A stretch of 64,000 nt of DNA, from contig OX597817.1 in assembly GCA_951406725.2 (NCBI GenBank), positions 103,664,001-103,728,000 of the forward strand, given 5' to 3'. A model generated the notes under the pieces. The model had not been told where the DNA came from, ran no database searches, and saw nothing but the letters and a program-made list of their open reading frames with translations. The stretch comes from Octopus vulgaris (Eukaryota). The translations under genes were made by a program, and so were the position numbers. Position 1 is the stretch's first letter, and every line of letters starts with the position of its first letter. Below, piece by piece: positions 54,338 through 64,000 of the stretch.

Positions 54338-54558
54338 GTCTTCGGGTCTGACTATACGCCATAAAATTAAAGCCTTTATGGGCGGGAAACCCAAGGAAAC
54401 CCCATAAATCGGTCTTCACCAGACGATACGCCAAAATTTTCACCCTTTATGGACAAGAAACCCAAGGTAACACCATAAACCGGCTTCCACCCGGAAAAAA
54501 TATAGACTGCTCCAGTTCTTAGATTGTGCTTATTCTCTGCATTTATGTTTTCTAAAAA

Positions 54559-54599
<41 letters not shown>

Positions 54600-54624
54600 T
54601 ATATATATACATATATATATATAC

Positions 54625-54691
<67 letters not shown>

Positions 54692-54696
54692 TATAC

Positions 54697-54731
<35 letters not shown>

Positions 54732-54902
54732 CGTGCATACATATATATGTATGTATGTATATATGCTGTGTGTACATATATATATAGATTCAGATGAATA
54801 AGGTACTTAATTTGAGGCACCAGAATTTAGTACGGCATTATCCATACAATTGCAAAATAAGATGATTAAAATCGAAATAAGCAACAAGGATATCCAGAAG
54901 TA

Positions 54903-54990
54903 ATACAGTACGATCGTTTCAAGCAACTCCATGTAATTGAACAACGCAATCATTACATCAATTTAAATGCAGAGCAATCCTCAGCTCCGT
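54903..54990 (-). ncRNA. Hammerhead ribozyme-like motif with extended stem II
   Basis: Minus strand reads ag-CTGAGGA-(~57 nt imperfect hairpin)-GAAAC-gatc-GTA-ct. Palindromic ACGATCGT at stem III. Stem I is weak. Confidence 0.5.
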
Positions 54991-55153
54991 AAAAACATAG
55001 ACTTTAATAAAATTAAAACATATGGTCACATTAGTATAATTTTACATAAAATCTCCAAGAAGGTAAGGAGATAGACAAGCAGCATGCTGCCTTCACATCA
55101 GATTAAGAGCGACAAAGGTATCAGGAAGAAAGACTTGCTACAGATTTTGCTTG

Positions 55154-55238
<85 letters not shown>

Positions 55239-55326
55239 CATATATAAATATATATATATATATATATAAATACATATATAAACATATATATATATATGTC
55301 TATAAATATCTATCTATATATAGATA

Positions 55327-55585
55327 TATATAATATAATTCGAGACAAAACCACTATTTTGCAAAACAAACAAGGAAAGACTTAATCAATACATAAAAAA
55401 ATTTTAATATAAAGAAATAAACCGTTTTAATTTAAAACAGATTAGGAGATCGAAAATCCACCTGACGAATGTCATTGAAGACATGAAACGATTGTAGTGG
55501 CGGTTTATTTCTTTATATTAAAAATTTTTATGTATTAATTAAGTCTTTCCTTGTTTGTGGTTTTGTCTCGAATTATATTATATAA
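55327..55585. repeat. Inverted repeat (~85-100 bp arms) enclosing a hammerhead, Penelope pLTR-type structure
   Basis: tataatataattcgagacaaaaccac...aagaaataaaccg (to ~55424) is complementary to cggtttatttcttt...gtggttttgtctcgaattatattata (55501-55583). Confidence 0.85.
55458..55500 (+). ncRNA. Minimal type I hammerhead ribozyme
   Basis: Stem I CCAC/GTGG, CTGACGA (55462-55468), stem II ATGTC-attgaa-GACAT, GAAA (55485-55488), minimal stem III C-gatt-G, cleavage triplet GUA (55494-55496). Confidence 0.85.
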
Positions 55586-55828
55586 TATTTTACTATAAAA
55601 TTGGATTTAATCCTAAATCTGATTTTTCCCTGTAAATTTGGATTTATTCCCTAATATTTATTATTATATAGATATATATATATGTCTATAAATATCTATC
55701 TATATATAGATATATATAAATATATATACATATAAATATATATCTATATCTATATACATATATATATATATATATACATATATATAAATATATATATATA
55801 TGCATATATAACTATATATCTATACCTA

Positions 55829-55879
<51 letters not shown>

Positions 55880-55957
55880 ATATATATATATAAATATGCA
55901 TATATAACTATATATATACATACATATATGTATCTTTATATAGATATATATCTTTAT

Positions 55958-55989
<32 letters not shown>

Positions 55990-55990
55990 C

Positions 55991-56021
<31 letters not shown>

Positions 56022-56072
56022 AATACATATATATATAAATACATATATATATATGTATATACACATATACAC

Positions 56073-56113
<41 letters not shown>

Positions 56114-56171
56114 TGCATATATAACTATATATATACATACATATATGTATCTTTATATAGATATATATCTC

Positions 56172-56218
<47 letters not shown>

Positions 56219-56249
56219 TATATATATAAATACATATATATATAAATAC

Positions 56250-56343
<94 letters not shown>

Positions 56344-56349
56344 GTACCG

Positions 56350-57270
56350 AATATTCTTAGAAATATCACTACATGTCTAAATAGTCAATAAACAACATAT
56401 TCTTAATATAAAATAGTGTACATTTAAACACAAGAGAAAACTACCCTTTAACAGGTAATTTTTACACACTAGAAGAAGCAACCAAAACGTACAAAACCAC
56501 ATTTAATAACAATTTTCGAAGGAAATGAAAAATAAAACTTTTACCTTGTTATTTTTTGCGCTTATATCTACGTTTCAAATTTCTTTAGCAAATAAGATAA
56601 TTTGCTAGGCGAATTATCATCAGTAACCGGCCTTAACAACTAACTTATAATTCAGAGGCAAATAACACGTGTGTCATCATTATATGTTATAATTTTTCAA
56701 AATTCAGCGCGCAAGCGCAGTTTCAGTCGGCAGTGAATGGATAATGCCGAGCTGAATCTTCGAGAATGCTAAGATCATATTCGTAAGATACATATATAGG
56801 GTGTTGAATATTCTTAGAAATATCACCTCCAGTGGCCTAGCATGTATAAATAGTCAATAGACAACATATTCTTAATATAAAATTGTGTACATTTAAACAC
56901 AAGAGATAACTACCCTTTAACGGGTAATTTTTACATGGTAGAAGAAGCAGCCAAAACGAACAAAACCACATTTAATAGCAATTTTCGTTTTAATTATTCT
57001 CTAAAGAATCTAATCTTATCGCATCTTATTAAATAGGCAATTCAGTTTATGTTTACATTTAATTTTTCGTTCATCCTGACATTTTATCAGTTTTGATTTA
57101 GCTTTTAATATTGATGAACTAGACGGACCTAAGTAAATATATATGGGAATTAAAATCTAAAGAAATAAAGTATAAATTAAATTGAGAGATCGTGTGCAAA
57201 TCTAAATCATATAGAATAGGTAATAAATTCTGTTTGCTATGTACACATGAAATCATGGAAATATTTAAAT
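56350..57270 (-). mobile_element. Penelope-like (Naiad-type) 3' end with an inverted 5' segment and a ~170-bp direct repeat
   Basis: The + strand at 57125-57270 reads [48 protein letters not shown]. The minus strand from 57117 reads SSILKAKSKLIKCQDERK. Direct repeat at ~56349-56518 and ~56806-56987. Confidence 0.7.
56559..56628 (-). ncRNA. Degenerate hammerhead ribozyme motif
   Basis: Minus strand reads cggtta-CTGATGA-taattcgcc TAGCAAAT tatctt ATTTGCTA aagaaattt-GAAAC-gtag-ATA-taagcg. The stem III closing pair is mismatched. Confidence 0.55.
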
Positions 57271-57292
57271 ATACACACATATATATACATAT

Positions 57293-57404
<112 letters not shown>

Positions 57405-57544
57405 CAAAATGGGACAGGAACGCGAAACATCCAAACAAACGATACAAAAAACACGGATGGGTCATTCGAAGCCTTTAATCTTCAGTCAAGAACCGGATCA
57501 TCCTCGCAATTTCGATAATGTATATATTTATTTATTCATTTGTT

Positions 57545-57585
<41 letters not shown>

Positions 57586-57685
57586 CATGTATATTTATAT
57601 ATATATTTACATATATATTTATACATACATATATATTTATGTATATATGTATTTATAAATACATACATAGGCGCCTATGTATATA

Positions 57686-58509
57686 TCTATATATATAAAA
57701 CTCAACTTGTGTGTCTGTGTGTGTATCTGCGTGTGTGTCTGTGTGTTTAACTTCCCGACACATATCCTCCTAGCCAACAAATCGTAGAATCACCAAAAAT
57801 GGGTCACTTAAAGTTTAGGCGAATGAAAATTGAACTGCGCTATTTCTGTTCCGAAATTCATCTCGCAAGTGCAAAAATCGATATGTGTTTGTTTAGGCCT
57901 TATCCCATGCATTGAATAGTGAACTTTACTCAGTCAGCTGTTTGACGTGAACTGTGTTGACCACGCGTGCAAGCATGCGTAAATTGCATGAAAAATAAAA
58001 AATCAAGATATAAAAACAAATCGCCGTAAACATTGTAGAAATTCGGCAAAGAAATGAATTTTCGGGATGTAGCCTGGAGGGTTTTTTCGTATTAGTCGTT
58101 TAGACATTGTGAACACATACCAATTGTTTTCATAACATTTTTAACGCTTTGAATTAAATCTGACCATTTTGCGTTGAGTCTGCAGTTTGAATCACTTTAA
58201 CCAAATTTTAGCAGGCCGGATTTTTGATCATCACGATACATCGCCAGCGACTCCCCCTGAAATCCTCGTTGAGAAATACTGATTTAAAAGAATAATTCAA
58301 CAATGCAATTATTTGATCAACAAAAAATTATGAAACGCTTCTACGTACTTTCTATTGAGGAAATGGAACACATAAGCGCAAAAATAGAGGGCATTAAATG
58401 CTTGATTTTAAAACCAAAATAATTGAATTTTTATTGAACTTCATCCAAGTTTAGCTTAATTCGCGCGTGCATAGAAAGCACGAGCGCACGAGCCGGGCAA
58501 TACTGCTAG
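57686..58509 (+). mobile_element. Complete non-autonomous Helitron
   Basis: Starts A|TCTATATATATAAAA and ends CTAG|T. Subterminal hairpin cgcgcgtgc-atagaaa-gcacgagcg. No TSD. Confidence 0.82.
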
Positions 58510-58540
<31 letters not shown>

Positions 58541-58550
58541 ACATAAGTGT

Positions 58551-58937
58551 AGGAGTGGCTGTGTGGTAGGTAGTTGTTTACAAAACACCTGGTTCCAGGG
58601 TAAGTGTCTTACTTGAGTAAGTGTCTTCTACTATAGCCTCAGGTCGACCAAAGCCTTGTGAGTGGATTTGGTAAACGGAATCTGAAAGAAGCCTGTCGTA
58701 TATATGTATATATGTATGTATGTGTATATATTTGTGTGTCTGTGTTTGTCCCCCCCAACATCGCTTGACAACCGATGCTGGTGTGTTTACGACCCCGTAA
58801 TCTAGCGGTTCGGCAATAGAGACCGATAGAATAAGTACTAGGCTTACAATAAATAAGTCCTGGGGTCGACTTGCTCGACTAAAGGCGGTGCTCCAGCATG
58901 GCCACAGTCAAATGACTGACACAAGTAAAAGAGTAAA
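58551..58937 (+). mobile_element. SINE family A, full-length
   Basis: Same organisation as the copy at 38348. Confidence 0.9.
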
Positions 58938-58963
58938 GAAGACATTTATGTATATACATATTT

Positions 58964-59105
<142 letters not shown>

Positions 59106-59109
59106 TTAT

Positions 59110-59320
59110 TCAAAATGTGACCGCGTGTGTACCGTTGGCGATTTTTTCCCTCTGTCTTCCCTTTCTTTTCCTCTGTCTTCCCTTCTCTGGATCTTTCCTT
59201 TTCCTATGTTTCCGACGAAGAGCTTCCTTCTTTCCTGAGCGTCCAATAATACTATATTTGTTCCACGTCCTCGCGTATTTGTGTTTTTTTTTTTGTGCTT
59301 TCTTGTTTGGATTAACTATA
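59110..59320 (+). repeat. Penelope pLTR-like fragment, repeated at 60207-60390
   Basis: accgttggcgatttt...gacgaagagct...cctgagcgtccaataa...ttccacgtcct...gtttggatta occurs in both copies. Confidence 0.6.
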
Positions 59321-59376
59321 TATACATATATATTTATATATATATATATGTTTATATATACATATATTTATGTATG

Positions 59377-59408
<32 letters not shown>

Positions 59409-59516
59409 TATGTATATATATATATTTTTTACTATATAATTATACTTATACATTCATATATACATTTATTTATATATTTATATTTATATATTTATATATA
59501 TATTTATTTATATATT

Positions 59517-60200
59517 TAGAACAAGGGACCAGGAAACCATGATGGTCCACTGGAGGACACTTGTCCTAAGCCACTTTGACTATTGCTCTCAGCTATGGTC
59601 ACCAACCAGTGTCAAATTAATCACAGAACTTGAGGCGATCCAACGAAGCTACACGAAGAAGATAGCCTCTGTGCAGCATATAAGCTATTGGGAAAGACTC
59701 AAGAGATTAAAACTCTATTCCTTAGAGCGTAGGCGAGAAAGATATGCCATAATATACATCTGGAAGATCCTGGAAGGACTTGTCCCAAATTTTGGCATCG
59801 AGAGTTACACAAATACAAGAACCGGGCGCCACTGCATAGTGCCAAGGACTCCAAATTTGCCATCAAGTTGTAGGACAAGATACTGTGATAGCCTGGGCTT
59901 CAGAGGTCCACAGCTCTTCAATATCCTTCCGAAGGACCTGAGAGACCTGCATGGGGTGGATACAGATGTCTTTAGAATAAAACTGGATCTCTTCCTGTCA
60001 GGTGTTCCAGATGAACCATTTTCACGGCAGGAGGTGCAGATGAGGGCAGCTGCATCAAACTCTCTCATGCACCAAATGTCAATTGCTAAAAAGCATTCGT
60101 GAAGTAAAATCATGTAGCAACACCGAATGGCGGTGCCCCAGTGTGGTCACAGCTCGTGAGCTGAAACTAGATAAAATGAAAATGAAAAAATGAATAAAAT
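59517..60200 (+). mobile_element. CR1-like LINE 3' end (ORF 59539-60102)
   Basis: LVLSHFDYCSQLWSP...IQRSYTKKI...YWERLKRLKLYSLERRRERY. 3' stem-loop and (aaatg)n-like tail. Confidence 0.88.
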
Positions 60201-60206
60201 ATAATA

Positions 60207-60390
60207 ACCGTTGGCGATTTTCTTCGTGTACCCTTCCTTGAACCTTTCCTTTTTCTATATTTCTGACGAAGAGCTCCGCTAAAAACATTAAATCCTCCTT
60301 CTTTCTTTCCTTTCCTGAGCGTCCAATAACTATACTTGTTCCACGTCCTTGCTTGTTGTTTTCTCTTTGTTCATGTTTGGATTACCTATG
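60207..60390 (+). repeat. Penelope pLTR-like fragment with decayed hammerhead
   Basis: CTGACGA (60263-60269), then a-GAGC-tcc-GCTA-AAAAC, where the GAAA core is mutated. Confidence 0.55.
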
Positions 60391-60396
60391 TAAATA

Positions 60397-60436
<40 letters not shown>

Positions 60437-60728
60437 CATTTATATTTATATATATACGTTTATTTATATATACATATATATTTTTATATATAATTATTGA
60501 TATATATTTCAACATATATAAATATAAATACATATATATAAATCTATATATATATACATATATTTATACATATATATGTATGTATATATATTTACACATA
60601 TATTTATGTATATTTATTTATATATATATTTATTTAGATTTACATATATATATATGTAAATCTATATAAATATATATATAAATATATATTTATTTATATA
60701 TATATTTATATATATATTTATATAGATT

Positions 60729-60763
<35 letters not shown>

Positions 60764-60789
60764 TTTTATATTTATATATGTATATTAAT

Positions 60790-61215
60790 AAAACTAGTAA
60801 ATTCTAGCAACTTGATATATAGAGCTACTATCGCGCTATAAACACGATTGTTTTGAATCAAGCCCTGATTTTTAGCATGCAAAATTCCGATTTTTCACGA
60901 CGCGAAATAGATATTATTCTTGTTGTGCGAGCCACTTTAGTAGATTTTGATGGTACATTATGCAGTAGGTTAGATAGGAAAAATCGTTTGATATAGCAAT
61001 GGGCTCATACGATTCTGCTCAGGACAGTGATCTAGTCGTATTATATATCCTTTCATTAATTCAGTCTTCGTTTCCTGAAGTAACAGGGTGTGTATATAAG
61101 GATGACGCCTTGTTTTTTTTAGACAGAACTAGTAAAATACAGTTAGAAAGGCATAGGAAAAATTTCTTTAGACTTATCATTAATTTAGGGCTAAATATTA
61201 ACACAAACATTAGTG
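60790..61215 (+). mobile_element. Penelope-like (Naiad-type) RT fragment
   Basis: AMGSYDSAQDSDLVVLYIL...VYKDDAL...NLGLNI corresponds to the MGS.DGAE...LVGL and YRDDGL RT motifs. Confidence 0.75.
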
Positions 61216-61591
61216 GACCCAGCACTGTTCCCTGGGGACTTCACTCAAGATTGGTGTCACTTCAAATAGAGCACCATTTGCTGTGACAGCTTGATTTCTG
61301 CCCCGTAGGAAATCATGCAGCTACTCTCCCAGTCTACCAACGATCTCGAAGTCACGCAATTTGTGTCATATCATATCATGATCGACTTAGGCAAACGCCT
61401 TGGCAAAGTCGAGATATATCATATTATTCACATTTGAATGGTTTTAGCACCCAGTCGAAGTTTTGTAGTAGCTGTGTTAGGCAGCTCCGTTCAGGACGGG
61501 AAACTATGTTGCGTGCCTGCGAGCAAGTCATTTTCTTTATTTGTATCTATATATATATTTATATATAGCTATCTATCTATTTATCTATCTA

Positions 61592-61665
<74 letters not shown>

Positions 61666-61729
61666 TATATACATATATCTATACATATATCTACACACAT
61701 ACACACACAGTTCTGATATGTGCCCCTAA

Positions 61730-62935
61730 ATTTATAGAGGGTAAAATTGGAAAGTTTTCATTAGTAGCGCAGATATCGTTGTGTTCACTTAATACTATTT
61801 TTCCTGTATTCCGATATTTTCATCTGGGATCTATGTGCAGTCATGCTCTGGCGCAGACTGTTTTTAGTTTGACCAATGTATTGCTCTCGACACCCTGAGT
61901 AAGTTAACACGTATATCAGGTTTTCCGAAGCAGATGTGAAGTTTTTCACTGTAAAACTTTGACTCCGATCTATCAATTTGATTGACATATATACCACAGT
62001 TAGGTCTTCCGCATTTTTTTTTACTGTCGGTTTCGATGTTGTTGACGAGTGTACTTGAGCTTGTGTTAGAATACTTTTTATTGACTTGGGTTGTCTTTTG
62101 CTCTTTATGATGGTGTGTGTTTGGAGGATTTAATTGATTTTATGGTCCCTTTTTAGTAAAGGAATGTACTGGAGAATGGTGTCGAAGGCCTCATTGTTTA
62201 GAGGTTTGTCTGTGAATATGCATGGTAGGGCTTTTGGTTGTAATTCATTCTTTAATTTGGGATGTCTGAGTTTGTGGATGTTGAGTTGTAGGGCACGTTG
62301 AAAACCTATATCAATTAGTGATGTTGAGTAATTCCTGCTGATGAGTGTATCCTCTAGCTCGTGTAGTCGTGTGTCCCTGGTGCTTGTATCAGATACTATA
62401 GTGCAAATCCTTTTTGTCAGGTTGAAAGGGATATTCATTGTAGTGTATCTGGGGTGGCATGAGTTGAACGATAGATATTGCTTAGAGTCTGTGGGCTTCT
62501 AGTATATCTGTTTCTAATTTGCTGCTTGATTTCTTAATGAAGATGTCAAGAAATAGAAGTTGTAGATGGTTTTATTCCATCGTGCATTGAATGTTTATGT
62601 TAAGTCCATTTAGAAGTGCCTGAAATTCTTTAAGAATCTCTATACTTTCATGCCAAAGAATTAAGCAGTCATCTGGATATCTCTTCCAGTTATTTTCTAT
62701 GTAAAGGGAGAATGAGTTTTCGTATTTTTCTAGTACCTTTCAGTAAAGAGTGATTTCTAGGTACCCCCTGACTAGGTTAGCAAAGGATGGGGCCCATTCT
62801 TGTACCCATCGCAGTCTCCGATTTTTGTCGATGGAAGTTGTCATTTAATACGAAGAAGTTATTTTCCGAGATGGATTTTAGCCCTTCGATTACGAATTCT
62901 TTGTTGATGCAGTGTGGGAGTTCATTGGAGTTACG
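61730..62935 (-). mobile_element. Penelope-like element (Neptune-type), RT plus GIY-YIG, decayed
   Basis: NNFF...RQKSETAMGTRMGP, NIPFNLTKRICTIVSD and ENLIYVLTYSGCREQYIGQTKNSLRQSMTAH. Confidence 0.9.
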
Positions 62936-62984
62936 TGCGTGTATGTGCTTACAAATGTATATAGCGATGTAAGAATGCGTATTG

Positions 62985-63043
<59 letters not shown>

Positions 63044-63480
63044 ATTATATATATATATAGATTACATACACACTGCCTACAATACTTTTATATCTGACTC
63101 ATTGTCATGATCCACATGTATCAGATTCTTGTTCTATCATCGTTGAATCCAATGTTTTTTCACAGATTACTGCCATATATTGAACAATCAATATCTATTC
63201 TTGCTTATTCAGTTTATACAGAAATATAAAAAAAAACTTTGTAACTATCACAACTACAATTCTCTCTCTCTCATTTGTTTTATAACGTTTTCCTTATGGA
63301 GTAGGCTTGTAACCTTGCTTCTATCTCATGAACATTCCTGATATTAAATCTATTCTTGTTGGAAGTAGATTCAAGCTGAAAATATCTGTAGCACATTTAT
63401 TTATATCGTTCAACTTTTTTTTCATTCAGAACTATAATGGCACTCAGCACTTAATTCAAGTTTCCTCTAATGTCTGTCAC

Positions 63481-63525
<45 letters not shown>

Positions 63526-63603
63526 GAGGGAAAGAGAGTGAGAGAAATATATACACAACTCCAAACATACGTGCATATATTTATAAATTTATACACACAT
63601 ATA

Positions 63604-64000
63604 CAGGGTGCGATGAATAAAGTGTCGTCTAAACTATGCAAAAATGAAAATAACACTGACAACCCATTTTAACAAATATATTTACCAAAATTTCATTAAA
63701 ATATCTTGAAATACTAAAGAGTAAATTTATTCAATGAAATCGCCATCGGCTTCTCTTGCAATTCTTTTGGACGGTCTTGTTTAAGTTGGTGAATGCTGCC
63801 ATAATCCTTGCCTTCAGTTTATCTTTGGTGTTACAAGGAGTTTTGTAGATCTCTCGCTCAACTGCACCCCACACATGATAATCAAGGGGTTGCAGTCTGG
63901 GGAGTGAGGTGGCCAGATGTTAGGTGTGATGTGGTCGAAGAAATAGTCTGACAGCCATGACTGGGTTCTCCTGTTTGTGTGGCATGGTGCAGAGTCCTGT
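63604..64000 (-). mobile_element. DD37D (maT-type) transposon 3' end
   Basis: QDSAPCHTNRRTQSWLSDYFFDHITPNIWPPHSPDCNP(fs)LDYHVWG gives 37 residues between the catalytic Asps. TA plus CAGGGTG terminus at 63602-63610. Confidence 0.9.

Noticed and set aside
57440-57515. Hammerhead on the minus strand (CTGAAGA...CGAAT), with a related segment at ~850-910
   Set aside because: The GAAA box and stems are not satisfied, so at most these are decayed pLTR-like fragments.

Overview
This is AT-rich, repeat-dense eukaryotic DNA. The SINE, RTE, Penelope and microsatellite repertoire suggests a coleoid cephalopod, probably Octopus (inference). One host gene is visible and is absent from the ORF track as a spliced unit: four + strand exons (1531-1566, 1853-1976, 8153-8264, 22841-22963) splice in phase into the C-terminal part of a CS/p23-like (HSP20-fold) domain protein. 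Its long third intron holds a ~2.5 kb 29-bp satellite and a young CR1-type LINE fragment. The rest is transposon-derived: RTE and CR1 LINEs, two tRNA-derived SINE families, Helitrons, hAT, mariner and DD37D elements, and long-TIR MITEs (one carrying a TTAGGG array). A (TA)n-rich zone at 49-63 kb is packed with Penelope-like fragments and contains several hammerhead ribozyme motifs, one with an intact catalytic core at 55458-55500. Most short ORFs in the track are microsatellite or antisense artefacts. Boundaries of decayed repeats are approximate and were read by eye.
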